Below, piece after piece: positions 46,411 to 56,708 of a stretch of 64,000 nt of DNA. The DNA is from Candidatus Falkowbacteria bacterium. Lineage in GTDB: Bacteria; Patescibacteriota; Patescibacteriia; CAIXNZ01. Made by a program: the position numbers and the translations under genes. The stretch spans positions 195,522 to 259,521 of the forward strand of contig CAVZGV010000004.1 in the NCBI GenBank assembly GCA_963774955.1, in the 5' to 3' direction. Under the pieces are notes generated by a model. It saw only the letters and a program-made list of their open reading frames with translations, did not search any database and was not told where the DNA came from. The stretch's first letter is position 1. Each line of letters starts with the position of its first letter.

Positions 46411-46950
46411 ATGAAGAAAGTCACCGTTCTTTTTATGGCGTTGATCGCGACCGTCGCGATTTTCACTGGCTGTGCCACTGCCAAACGCGGCGATACCTCG
46501 TATCACGGGCCGAGTAATGCTCGGGCCGAAGAAGTGATCGAGCCCAGCCCTGGCTGGTCCGTAGCCCAGGAGGCCGTCCGCAACAACCCTAATGCCAACG
46601 TGCGCATGCGGTCGGGCAGTGACGTTTTCGAGTACAACCCTCCCGGTTCCACCCCAGCTCCTGGCAATGATCTGCCTGCCAATGGTATGCTCAAAGGCAC
46701 TTTTCACAACGGTATGCCCGACGTGATTGATGTTAAAATCATCCATTCTGGCAGTGTCGTGGACAGCTTTTCCGTCCAGCCGGGACAGTGTAAGCCTGTG
46801 CCTTTGCCTCCTGGCAAATACAGCTATACTGTTTCGAATCGCGGGACTGGAGAGAACGTCAGCCTGCCTTTCGAGCTCATGGGAGTGAGAAACTACACCT
46901 CTCCATGTGGAGGCGGGCACGTAGATTTCGTGCTCTACGTCGTGCCGTAA
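46411..46950 (+). CDS. Putative lipoprotein (GC-rich orphan)
   Basis: GAGGAGG SD; lipobox-like MKK...IFTGC; beta-rich C-terminus. Confidence 0.75.
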   Translation: MKKVTVLFMALIATVAIFTGCATAKRGDTSYHGPSNARAEEVIEPSPGWSVAQEAVRNNPNANVRMRSGSDVFEYNPPGSTPAPGNDLPANGMLKGTFHNGMPDVIDVKIIHSGSVVDSFSVQPGQCKPVPLPPGKYSYTVSNRGTGENVSLPFELMGVRNYTSPCGGGHVDFVLYVVP

Positions 46951-46959
46951 AATGAATAT

Positions 46960-46990
46960 AAAAGGGCAATCCTTCGGGATTGCCCTTTTC
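46960..46990. terminator. Bidirectional terminator
   Basis: AAAAGGGCAATCC-ttcg-GGATTGCCCTTTT. Confidence 0.9.
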
Positions 46991-47003
46991 TTTTTGAATT
47001 TTT

Positions 47004-47441
47004 TTAGGTGCTGGCGCCTGGATTCATAGGACCGCCACCACCTTCAAGTGATGCCCTTAAGATGGCATTAACCACAAAGGTTGTGATGGCATAGGCAGTC
47101 GCAATAATTAACACCCCAATAACCGCATAAATAATGACATTCTTGGCATGTTCAACTTTTTTGGCTTCACCGGTTGAGGTCATGTATAAAACTCCGCCAT
47201 AAATCATTAAAATTACAAAGACTATACCTAAAAGGCCAAGCATTATTTGAATGATTGTCGCGGCAATTTGTGCCGGGTGAGCCGGTTCATCCTGTCCATA
47301 CACCTGGCCGCCGAAATTTTGAATAGAATTGGTGATAGAACCGCCGGCAGGAGTGTCGCCGGTTGCGAAAACAGCGCTAACGGACATTAAAATGCAACAA
47401 ACAATGATTAAGAGTTTAAAGGCCAGATATATTTTTTTCAT
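47004..47441 (-). CDS. VirB2/TrbC-like pilin (CPR type) 1
   Basis: Signal peptide, two TMs, IYGG.LYMTS.G...AK..I..A.IG pattern. Confidence 0.8.
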   Translation of the reverse strand: MKKIYLAFKLLIIVCCILMSVSAVFATGDTPAGGSITNSIQNFGGQVYGQDEPAHPAQIAATIIQIMLGLLGIVFVILMIYGGVLYMTSTGEAKKVEHAKNVIIYAVIGVLIIATAYAITTFVVNAILRASLEGGGGPMNPGAST

Positions 47442-47464
47442 ACAATTTTACTTTAATTTATATT

Positions 47465-47851
47465 TTATTGAGGAATTAATGATTGTTCAATGCTGCTGGA
47501 AACAAAATAAGCTATGGTGTAAGCCATTAAGACAATGGCCAGGCCGATGACCGCAGTAATCAGCAGCCCTTTAGCTTTTTGTACTTTTTTTGGCTCACCC
47601 TGAGAAAACATATATAAAGTACCGCCGTAAATAAAGACGATCATGAAAATTACGCCCACAAAAACAATCAGGCTTTTTATTAGGACGGCGGCAAAGCTTT
47701 GGGGCGTGGCTTTGCCCAGATTAGTTACATTGCCGGCGGTATTTTGTAAACCTCCGGAAAATTGGCTAGCCTGCACGGCTTGAATTCCAAAAGTAGAAAA
47801 TAAAATAAATATCAAAAAGAAAATGGCCAGACATGTATAAAATTTTTTCAT
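47465..47851 (-). CDS. VirB2/TrbC-like pilin 2
   Basis: IYGGTLYMFSQG..KAK..AVIG. Confidence 0.8.
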   Translation of the reverse strand: MKKFYTCLAIFFLIFILFSTFGIQAVQASQFSGGLQNTAGNVTNLGKATPQSFAAVLIKSLIVFVGVIFMIVFIYGGTLYMFSQGEPKKVQKAKGLLITAVIGLAIVLMAYTIAYFVSSSIEQSLIPQ

Positions 47852-47864
47852 AAATGTAAGCGTT

Positions 47865-48251
47865 TTATTTTAGGGATGTTTCCAGGGTTGTGGCAATGAA
47901 ATATGTAACCGCATAGGCCGTCATCACAATAAGAAATCCAAAAATTGCCAGTTTGAGCAGATCCTTGGCCTTTTTAATTTTGGACTCTTCGCCTAGCGAA
48001 GTCAGGTAAGTAAATCCGCCGTAAATAAACATAATAACAAAGACTATGGCGATTAGGCCCAGTAAAACTTGGATTATTTGAGCGGCCAAACCAGCCAGCG
48101 AAGTCTCTGTCTTTATGCCGGCGCCTTCGCCAGTTTGGGCAATAAAGCCATTTACATTGCTTAAATTCAAAGGCTGGGCAAAGGTTATGGTTGCTTGGGC
48201 GCCAAGACTAATAACTAAAAGTAAAATAATGATCCAATGGGATATTTTCAT
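47865..48251 (-). CDS. VirB2/TrbC-like pilin 3
   Basis: IYGGFTYLTSLGEE..KAK. Confidence 0.8.
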   Translation of the reverse strand: MKISHWIIILLLVISLGAQATITFAQPLNLSNVNGFIAQTGEGAGIKTETSLAGLAAQIIQVLLGLIAIVFVIMFIYGGFTYLTSLGEESKIKKAKDLLKLAIFGFLIVMTAYAVTYFIATTLETSLK

Positions 48252-48282
48252 AAACCATAATTTAAAAAGATACTTATTGGGC

Positions 48283-48780
48283 TTAACGGCAGTCGCAACA
48301 ATGAGGTGATTCAGCTGGGCAGCTTAATTGACCCAGGTCAGGACAACTAGCGCAATTTTCCTGGGCGCATGTTCCGGGGCAGGTTTGCCCGGCCGGCTGA
48401 GTGGCATTTTCAATGGTACTGGCCACAAAATAGGTAATTGAATAGGCGGCCATAATTATTATAAACCCGATTATGGCTTTGCTGATAATTTGTTTGGCCT
48501 TTTTTATTTTTGCCTCCTCGGCAGCGGAGGTCATGTAAGTAAAGCCTCCGTAGATAATTAAAATTAGAAAACCAGCGCCGACCAAGCCTAAAAGAGCGTT
48601 GATTACCCGGGCAATAATTAAGCCGAGATTACCCTGATTTTCCGAATAACCAATGGTATTTCTGGTGGAGTTTAAAAATTCATTCTGATTGGCAAAGCTA
48701 TAACCAAAAGCCGGGCTAAAGTACAAAAACAAGCCCGAAATAATAAGCACTAAAAATATTAAAAATAATTTATTTTTCAT
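48283..48780 (-). CDS. VirB2/TrbC-like pilin 4 with Cys-rich tail
   Basis: IYGGFTYMTS; C-terminal CPGTC..CCDCR. Confidence 0.8.
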   Translation of the reverse strand: MKNKLFLIFLVLIISGLFLYFSPAFGYSFANQNEFLNSTRNTIGYSENQGNLGLIIARVINALLGLVGAGFLILIIYGGFTYMTSAAEEAKIKKAKQIISKAIIGFIIIMAAYSITYFVASTIENATQPAGQTCPGTCAQENCASCPDLGQLSCPAESPHCCDCR

Positions 48781-48798
48781 TTTATTTAAAAGGCCCGG

Positions 48799-49167
48799 TT
48801 ATTGCGCGGTTAGCGTACTGAAAATCAGCGAGGTAATCGCATAGGCTGCGCCTAAAACCATGGCGCCGATAATGGCCCAGGTAATAACTGTACGACCCTT
48901 TTTTAAGGTTGTTTCAGTGCCTGCTGAAGCCATCATTAATATTCCGCCATAAATAATTAGAAACAAGAAAAGTGATCCGGCCAGAGCTAAGCCTGCGCCG
49001 GCAATCCGACCCAAAAAAGCCGGGACGCCACCGCCGCCAAATTCAGGTAATTTAGCTTCTGACTGAGTTCCGGGAAGGCCATAATCAGCAGTCGCCTGGG
49101 TTTGATTTAACGGTACTAGGCAAGTCAACGTGACTATAAATAAAGATAATATTATAAATGTTTTCAT
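48799..49167 (-). CDS. VirB2/TrbC-like pilin 5
   Basis: IYGGILMMASAG..WAIIG. Confidence 0.8.
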   Translation of the reverse strand: MKTFIILSLFIVTLTCLVPLNQTQATADYGLPGTQSEAKLPEFGGGGVPAFLGRIAGAGLALAGSLFLFLIIYGGILMMASAGTETTLKKGRTVITWAIIGAMVLGAAYAITSLIFSTLTAQ

Positions 49168-49238
49168 GATTTTGTGTAAAAAATTCCCCTAAGGGATGAG
49201 GGATGGACAGGCGTCCATCCCTCAAAAGGTACATTAGA

Positions 49239-49628
49239 TTATAGGGCACCTGTAGTTGCACCAATAATAGAATTGATGACAAAGGTGGCGATGGCATAGG
49301 CCGTTAAAACAATAATCAGGCCAATAATGCCGGAGTAAATCAACTGTTTAGCTTTTTTAACAGATTCTTCATTACCCATTGCAGTCATATACTTGAAGCC
49401 GCCAATCAAAATGATTAAGACAGCAACAATTCCCAATAAACCCATGGCTACGCGGATGATATTAGCGATGGTGATTCTAACATCCTGGGTTCCCATGCCA
49501 ATGTATGGTCCGACGTATTGGTTTAGACCCGGATCAATGGTTTTGCCTGTAGCACTAACCATTAAAGGCATGACCAAGATGCCGATAAGGGCTAAAGAAA
49601 GTGCTAACTTGACTAAATTCTTTTTCAT
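49239..49628 (-). CDS. VirB2/TrbC-like pilin 6 (candidate major pilin)
   Basis: IGGFKYMTAMGNEE..KAK; start MKKNLV at 49628; own promoter and 3' hairpin. Confidence 0.8.
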   Translation of the reverse strand: MKKNLVKLALSLALIGILVMPLMVSATGKTIDPGLNQYVGPYIGMGTQDVRITIANIIRVAMGLLGIVAVLIILIGGFKYMTAMGNEESVKKAKQLIYSGIIGLIIVLTAYAIATFVINSIIGATTGAL

Positions 49629-49741
49629 GTTTTTTTTACCCTTTGTCAATACTCGGTTTAGAAAAACCAAGCATTGATAAGTTAATTATTAATATTTAAT
49701 TGTTTACTATATTATAATATTATTTCCTACATTTAGCAATT

Positions 49742-50338
49742 TTATTGAGGTGCTTGGGTTTCGCCGCCTCCGCCTCCACCGCCGGTAGTCAGGCCGGTAA
49801 AAATAAAATTAACAATCACATAACTGCCCAAGATTACCATAATGCCGATAATGGCCCAGGTAATTATTTTTTTGCCTGCCTGAATCTTGGGGTCTTGCCC
49901 GGCTGCGGTCATGAGCATAAAACCGCCATAAACAAACATAAATAAGGCCACAGAACCGGTAATGCCCAAAACAGCGTTAATCACCCGACCAATAACAGTA
50001 TTAATGCCGGAAATGCCGGAAACGCCCAAGGGATTAACTTCGCTAAGGTCAACAGTGGTGCCTCCAGTGGTGGCTGGTGGTTGCTGGGTTGTTGGGGGGG
50101 GGGTTGTTGGTGAAGGAGTTTTGGGGACACAACATTCTTTTCCTGCGGCACTTGTACAATCACTTGTAAATTGACTATTTTCAGTTGCAGGATTACAAGT
50201 ATTACCACCTTCCATATTAGTAAAACGACAATTACCACCTAATTCACTACAAGTGGCTGCTAGGGTTACTTTAGGTGAACTAAAAAACAAGCCGGTGAAA
50301 AGCAGTAAACATAAGATAATTAACCAGTTTTTTTTCAT
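49742..50338 (-). CDS. VirB2/TrbC-like pilin 7 with N-terminal Cys-rich domain and P/T linker
   Basis: CSELGGNC..ECC, PTTPPPTT, VYGGFMLMTAAG. Confidence 0.8.
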   Translation of the reverse strand: MKKNWLIILCLLLFTGLFFSSPKVTLAATCSELGGNCRFTNMEGGNTCNPATENSQFTSDCTSAAGKECCVPKTPSPTTPPPTTQQPPATTGGTTVDLSEVNPLGVSGISGINTVIGRVINAVLGITGSVALFMFVYGGFMLMTAAGQDPKIQAGKKIITWAIIGIMVILGSYVIVNFIFTGLTTGGGGGGGETQAPQ

Positions 50339-50419
50339 AAAGATATGTTTTTAAGTTTTAAAATATAATTATTTACCCATCTTTGCGGCTATAGCGTGGG
50401 TTTTGTCTGGGAAGTTTTT

Positions 50420-51409
50420 TCATTCAGGTTGACAGGTAGATATTGAAGCAATACCCGGAGTATCTTTACATTTAGATCCTGGCGGGCAGGGAATGTCATC
50501 ATCACCAGCAAGTCCACGATCGATGTTGGCATCTTCGCATTCTTGTCCTACTGTTATGGCGCTAACGCATTTGCCTCGTCCGTCATCATCCTTACCATCT
50601 CCATAGGGTGGTTCCGCAAATTCAAAGCAAATGCCAGATTGGCACTCAGCTTTATCATCACAGTCGCTGTCAACACCATTTCCTTTTTTATTAGCAACAC
50701 AACATTGTCCGGCAATACATTGTGTAGTTGCTGCTCCACCAAAAAATCCGGCGCAATAAGCATCAACACAAGCAAGATTATCTGCGCCATCAATTTCCAT
50801 GTCTTTACAGCCAAATTTAGCAGGGTCTTCAATTTTACCGCCACTGGGTAATTTTGTGGCGCAAATTTTGGCTTTGGTGCAATACAAAGTTGCACCGCAT
50901 TCAGCGGTTTTAGCGCAGGGTTTGCCTATCTTATCCGCATCACTGGGTTTGGGCATAGCGTCTGTAAGATTGACTGCGTTTTCAGGCGGTTTAGGCGTAA
51001 ATGAAACAGGAACACAGGTAAGCTTGGCTTGCCAGTCAAATTCTTGAGCGGTTAAAACCGAAACTAAGGTCGTAACAATCAGGTAAGCGGAAAAAATAAT
51101 ACCCAAGCCGATAACGGCATTAACCAGAATATCTTTCCCCTTTTTAATATTTCCCTCATTACCGCCGGAAACCAGCCAGGTAAAACCGCCATAGACAAAC
51201 ATTAAAAGCACCAAACTGCCGATTATGCCCAGAATTACTTTGCCGGCATTGATGGCTGTCTGTAAAATATCACACAAGGAACAGTCGCCGGTGCTGGTGC
51301 AGGCAGGCAGGATAGAATCCTGAGCCCAGGCAATCTGAGATAAAGAAACCAAAACCCCCAAACTTATTAAAATTATAAGCAAAAATCTGATTTTTTTAAA
51401 GCTGGACAT
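50420..51409 (-). CDS. VirB2/TrbC-like pilin 8 with large Cys-rich C-terminal domain
   Basis: C...GDCSLCD, VYGGFTWLVSGG, then repeated C-x4-EC-x3/4-C modules. Confidence 0.8.
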   Translation of the reverse strand: MSSFKKIRFLLIILISLGVLVSLSQIAWAQDSILPACTSTGDCSLCDILQTAINAGKVILGIIGSLVLLMFVYGGFTWLVSGGNEGNIKKGKDILVNAVIGLGIIFSAYLIVTTLVSVLTAQEFDWQAKLTCVPVSFTPKPPENAVNLTDAMPKPSDADKIGKPCAKTAECGATLYCTKAKICATKLPSGGKIEDPAKFGCKDMEIDGADNLACVDAYCAGFFGGAATTQCIAGQCCVANKKGNGVDSDCDDKAECQSGICFEFAEPPYGDGKDDDGRGKCVSAITVGQECEDANIDRGLAGDDDIPCPPGSKCKDTPGIASISTCQPE

Positions 51410-51441
51410 AAAAATATGTAAATTAATAATCGGTATAAATT

Positions 51442-52818
51442 TTATTGGATGGTCAGGCTAACTTTGCTATTGGCCTGGCTGACCAGATCAATAGTTTTAT
51501 AAGCACCGGTTAAATTATCCGTAATCATATCTGTAAATATTTTCTCGGCAGTTTGCGGGTTTTTGCCTTTATACCAACTGCGGGCCGTCAGGATTTGTTC
51601 CACAAAAGGTGCCAGCACCACATCATCTTGCTGCCATTCAATCAATGAGCGTAAAGCAACCGGCTTTTGCGCCTTGGTCACATATTTTTTATTAATATCC
51701 TGATTGGTTGTAATGAATAATAAGAAATCCCAGGCCTCATTTTGATACTGACTTTTTTTAGAAACGGTTTCTGCCCAGTAATTGGCGAAATTAATTGAAG
51801 GCTGTGAAAGCTGCGGTATGGGGGCAATATCAAAATTAAGTTTGGGTGCTTGGGTTTTAATAGTCGGAATATCAAAGGCATAGCCGATATAAAAAGCAGT
51901 CAGACCTTGGATAAAAGCTTGTTTAGAATTTGGCATGGTTTCATTCCAGGAATAGGCTTCATTGCTGGGGACGGCAAAACGATTATAAAAGTTTAAGGCC
52001 GAAACAGCCGGAGCATCTACACTTGTGTAACCTAGAGGTTTGGCATTAAATGTCGGAAAGCCGTTATCATCAGTCATTGGAGCGCCGACTTGCATCATCA
52101 GCAAGCTCAGAATGTCAGAGGCGCGGTTAACATTAGCAGCCGTGCCCATCGCTACACCGGACTGGATAATATCTTTTTGCGGATCGCGTTTGGTCAATTT
52201 ACCGACCTGCACCAGGAGCTGATCCCAGGTTGTAGGCGGGGCTGTAATCCCGGCGTTATTAAGTAAATCTCGATTATAAAACAAAGCCAGCGTGTCAATG
52301 CTTAAAGGCAGACCATATATTTGGCCGTCGATCAGCTGGTTATCAGTGACTACATCCGGAAATAAAATGCTCAGATCTCTGGTTGTCAGAGTCTTTTTTT
52401 GCTGTTCCTTGGTGTAGGTTACTTTTTGAAGTGTACCCATCTGGACCGAGTAAAGCATTTTTATCTGGGCCGGCAACGGTTGGATTTTAGACTGGTATTT
52501 TTTCATCCAAGTAGTTTGAATGGAAAAAATATCCGGACCGCGATCTTCGGCCAGCGCATTGAGCACTTTATCCTCGTATTCATCATAGCGAAAATTTTCA
52601 TAGCGGATGGAAACATAGGGATTGATTTTTTGGTATTCAGTTATTAACTCGCTGATATTGTCGCTTTCCTCAAAAACTTTCCAGTATTTCAAGGTTATTG
52701 GTTTGGGTGGCCCTTCTTTTATCACACCAGCCGGCAAACTGCCGCATTTGGCGCCGGTAGTAGCCAGAAAGGCAAAAATTAAGAAGGCGATGATTAGTTT
52801 TTTGTTTGGTTTTAACAT
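51442..52818 (-). CDS. Extracellular solute-binding protein (sugar ABC-type family 1)
   Basis: GPDIF, YGLPLSIDTLALFYNRDL, PPTTW, AWDFL. Confidence 0.85.
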   Translation of the reverse strand: MLKPNKKLIIAFLIFAFLATTGAKCGSLPAGVIKEGPPKPITLKYWKVFEESDNISELITEYQKINPYVSIRYENFRYDEYEDKVLNALAEDRGPDIFSIQTTWMKKYQSKIQPLPAQIKMLYSVQMGTLQKVTYTKEQQKKTLTTRDLSILFPDVVTDNQLIDGQIYGLPLSIDTLALFYNRDLLNNAGITAPPTTWDQLLVQVGKLTKRDPQKDIIQSGVAMGTAANVNRASDILSLLMMQVGAPMTDDNGFPTFNAKPLGYTSVDAPAVSALNFYNRFAVPSNEAYSWNETMPNSKQAFIQGLTAFYIGYAFDIPTIKTQAPKLNFDIAPIPQLSQPSINFANYWAETVSKKSQYQNEAWDFLLFITTNQDINKKYVTKAQKPVALRSLIEWQQDDVVLAPFVEQILTARSWYKGKNPQTAEKIFTDMITDNLTGAYKTIDLVSQANSKVSLTIQ

Positions 52819-52897
52819 ATTTTTGGAAAATTTTTTAATTTATATTTTTATTAAACCGTTAATTTGCGCTGATGGCTTGGAGACTGAAAACATGCCG

Positions 52898-53767
52898 TTA
52901 GTTAATGGAGTCTAGGTACTCTTTAAATTCTTTGGCCAGGTCAGGACGCTGTAAGGCAAAATCAACATTGGCTTTGAGCCAGCCGAGCTTGGAGCCCGTA
53001 TCATAATAATTGCCTTCAACTAAACAGGCGTAAAGGTTTCGTTTTTGTGACAAATTAAAAATGGCATCTACCAGCCACAGTTCGCCGCCTTGGCCGATCT
53101 TGGTTTTTTCCAGAATATCAAAAATGTCAGGGGTTAAAATATAGGCGCCGATAGTGCCTATGCGGCTGGGCGCTTTGTCCGGTCCAGGTTTTTCAACGAT
53201 TTTTTTTACTTGGATAATATTTTTTTCAACTTCAGAACCTTCAATGACTCCGTATTTTTTAGTTTCCTCATCATTGATTTTTATGGCAGTTAAAACCGGA
53301 GCCTGGTATTTTTCATAAACAGCCATCAGTTGCTTTAAACGCGGCTGGCCTTGGTTGTTGACAAATAAATCATCTCCCCAAATAACCGCAAAAGGCTCAT
53401 CGCCAATAATTTTTTTGGCATTTAAAACAGGCGTGCCGTTGCCGTAAGGTCCTTTTTGGCGGACATAAATAAAATTGGCCATGTCGGCAATTTCTTTTAT
53501 TTCTTCTCTCATATCTTCTTTGCCGGTTTTTTTCAGCCAGTTTTGCAGTTCATAATTATAATCAAAATGATCCTCAATTGCCCGTTTTGATGCGCCCGTA
53601 ACTAAAATAATGTCTTCAATGCCTGAAGCCACGGCTTCTTCAACTATATATTGAATTACCGGTTTATCAATAATCGGCAGCATTTCTTTGGGCATGGCTT
53701 TGGTCGCTGGTAAAAATCTGGTGCCAAATCCGGCCACTGGAATGATACACTTTTTAATAGCATTCAT
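52898..53767 (-). CDS. galU: UTP-glucose-1-phosphate uridylyltransferase
   Basis: IPVAGFGTRFLPATKAMPKEMLP, VEKP, YDTG; start MNAIKK. Confidence 0.95.
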   Translation of the reverse strand: MNAIKKCIIPVAGFGTRFLPATKAMPKEMLPIIDKPVIQYIVEEAVASGIEDIILVTGASKRAIEDHFDYNYELQNWLKKTGKEDMREEIKEIADMANFIYVRQKGPYGNGTPVLNAKKIIGDEPFAVIWGDDLFVNNQGQPRLKQLMAVYEKYQAPVLTAIKINDEETKKYGVIEGSEVEKNIIQVKKIVEKPGPDKAPSRIGTIGAYILTPDIFDILEKTKIGQGGELWLVDAIFNLSQKRNLYACLVEGNYYDTGSKLGWLKANVDFALQRPDLAKEFKEYLDSIN

Positions 53768-53886
53768 AGCTAAATTATAGCACAAACAGTGATAAATTTG
53801 AAAGTGAATCTGGGCAAGACTCGTAGCCGGCAAACGAGCTGGCCGGGAAATAAAAAATCCCCGGCTAAGTGAGGGGATTTTTTTGT

Positions 53887-56200
53887 TTATCTGTCGACCC
53901 TGGTATACGTCAGAAAATTATCCGCACCATTTATATAGACCTGGTCACTGCCGGAGGTAAGCAGATAAACATGAGGATAGGTATTGGGTTTCCAATATGG
54001 CTGAATTTTGAAGTCAAAGGTAATTTCTTCTCCGGGATTGACCGTAGTTTTCGTAGTTTTTATAGTTTTATTGTTTTGCCATGACCAGTCCCTGAACCAT
54101 GAATTTGTGCCGTCAATATCCGTGCTTTTTAAGGTAACATTAGTCCAGGCTTTACTGCCGATGTTTTTAAAGGTAAGTTTGACTTTTGGTCGCCATGAAG
54201 TTTTAACGGCGATGGGCAGGGTATTGGCTGTAATTTGGGCAGCATAGGGTGCCACAACATCAATGACCTGAGCCAGACTGAAAAATTCAGTCTCATTATA
54301 ATTTAAACTTACGGTCAAAGGAATGGATCCGGGATTTTTTGGGGCTTGAATGGGGAATTCAAAAGTAGCCGTGGCATTTGGATAGATCAATTCTTCTCTG
54401 GGAGTAAATGAACCGGATTGGTCAGACCAAGTAGCAGTTTTTAAGGTTGAATTTGCGGTTAGTATTTTTAATTTCAGACTGCTTTTTTTCCAGGTTTGAT
54501 TGCCGTCATTACGAAACTGCATAAGAACTGTTTGGTCTTGTTGCAGGGATAATTGGCCGGGCAGATTTGACTGAAGTAAACTGGCTTTAAATATCATTTG
54601 TTCCGATTGAGTATTTTGGCAGTCGCAGGCAATTTTATGGGCAGTAATTGAAAAATCAGTCTCAGGGAAATAGCCTTTATTTTGCCAGGCGAGAATGAAA
54701 TTTTTTGTTTCAGTAGACTGTTGCGGTGAATTCAGGGTGATTTTAAACCTGCCGATCTGACCGGGATAAACATTGCCGTCTATAAGCTTGAAAACAGGGA
54801 AACTATTAGTGGCCATTTTTACTCCGCCAGCTTCATCCGAAGCCAGCGCAATTTTTAAAGTATCAATTTTCGCAATTTTATTTTTGATTTGGGAGTCTGT
54901 TAAATACAGATAATTATCCTCATAACCCCGCCAGGTGGCTTGGCCGGTATTTTTAAATTGGGCATAAATATCCGCAGATTTAGTTTCTTCGATATTAATT
55001 TCCGTGGCGCTCAGGCTGACAAATTGAGCTCCGGTCGGCAGCGGTTTCTTATATCCGCCCAGATCAATCAAGGCATTATAGGCAAGTTGTCTGACTTCAG
55101 GCAGGGTATTAGAAATTAAATTACCGGGACAAGTGGTGTTGCCGACATCGCGATGACCGATTACGTTTGGTAAAATCTGTCCGTGAAACTCACTTTGCCC
55201 CAGAGGATCAATATTAAATTCTTGACCTTTAAGCGCGATTAAGTTATCCAGTGATAGTTTTGTTGCTTCGGTTAAATTGTCCGGAGTATTGCAATTAATT
55301 TTATTTTTTTCATTTTGTTGGTTGTCATAACAGCCTAAAATAGCAATACCGATGGTGTTTCGGTTTCTTAAATAAGCATGACCGCCGACAACGCCATCAC
55401 CGCCTGCTCGTCCTTCATATATATTGCCGTTGGAATCAATCAGATAATTATAACCGATATCGCCCCAGCCCAGCTGGACAGCATGGTAATAATAAATCGC
55501 GCGCATTGTTGCTTTGGGGTCAAGATTGGCTTTTTCACCGGCAGTATGATGGAGCACAAATTTTTGCGGAGTATAATATTCTTCCGGCCATAAATTGGCG
55601 CCGCTGGGTTCAAAGCGTAAAGATTCATCAGCGCCCCATTCAGCCCGGGAAATAATTTTTAAATTCTGATCATTAGCACTTAAGCTGATTTTAAAGTTTC
55701 CGGCTGGTCCTTTGGTTGTATCCAAATATGTAAATTGCAAATTTTGCAGGTCTGTTTTGGCCTCATTGGCATTAAAAATCAGTTTGTATTGAAATGAATC
55801 TGTCAGTTTGGTCGGGATCATCTGACTGGTCAGCTGGGCTTTGGCCGTGTCTTTACCCTGAGAATCATCATCAAGCTCCATTTTTATCCAATCACTCCAG
55901 TTTTCATTCAAAAAACGAACATACAAGTTCAAAATTTGGATTTTGATCGATTTTACTTTGGTTCCAACTTATATAAAGGGCATTAAAGGGGAAATCTGCA
56001 ATTAAAACCGGGGAAATTGTTTCATTTTGGCTTATATTAGCAGAAATAAAAAATGAACCATTTTTAGCAGGTTCACTGATAATCATTTGGCCCATTTTAG
56101 TTTCAGTATTTGGTTGTGCATAAGCTAAAACAAACGCTAGCAGGGCAGAGCCGAAAATAACTAAAATTAGCACTAATTTGGTTTTAATTTGATACTTCAT
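53887..56200 (-). CDS. N-acetylmuramoyl-L-alanine amidase (Amidase_2/PGRP-like) with Ig-like repeats; one frameshift near 55932
   Basis: SRAEWGA, HHTAG, GWGDIGYNY, GHRDV..TCPG. The signal-peptide ORF 55904-56200 joins if one base is removed from a T4 run. Confidence 0.85.
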
Positions 56201-56351
56201 TTTGTTTTTTTATTTTTATTTTTGTCTAAATTAGGCTTAATTTAGCTTAATTCTATAATCATTATAGCAAATTTTTTGGACTTTGTAAAGGGGTATGTTG
56301 CTTTTACGGCTAAAGTTACTGCGGAAAGTTATGAGTTACCAGTGTTGGGGG

Positions 56352-56620
56352 CGTTCGTTTGGAATCCAATTCCTACGTAATTTTAGCTTAATTAATAACT
56401 TGAGAGTTTTCCCTAGGGAATTGGATTCCGAATGAAGATTATGACGTTCGTTTGGAATCCAATTCCTACGTAATTTTAGCTTAATTAATAACTTGAGAGT
56501 TTTCCCTAGGGAATTGGATTCCGAATGAAGATTATGACGTTCGTTTGGAATCCAATTCCCTCGTAATTTTAGCTTAAATCATAACCTGAGCATTTTCCTA
56601 TAGGGGATTGGATTCCGAAT
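56352..56620. repeat. Three tandem 93-bp units, each with long terminal inverted repeats (REPIN/MITE-like)
   Basis: Unit starts at 56352, 56445 and 56538; TTCGTTTGGAATCCAATTCC..GGAATTGGATTCCGAATGAA. Confidence 0.9.
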
Positions 56621-56708
56621 TCAGTTTTCAGTCTCATTATTTTCGCTAATTAACAATAAAAAACACTCCTCTGGAAGCGTTTTTTTAGGTTAATTTCTTT
56701 AATTTTAA

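Noticed and set aside
46315-46920. 201-aa minus-strand ORF
   Set aside because: Antisense to the lipoprotein gene, which has the promoter, SD, lipobox and terminator; the GC-rich sequence explains the open frame.
56352-56620. CRISPR array
   Set aside because: The 'spacers' are identical or near-identical, the period is 93 bp, and there are no cas genes.
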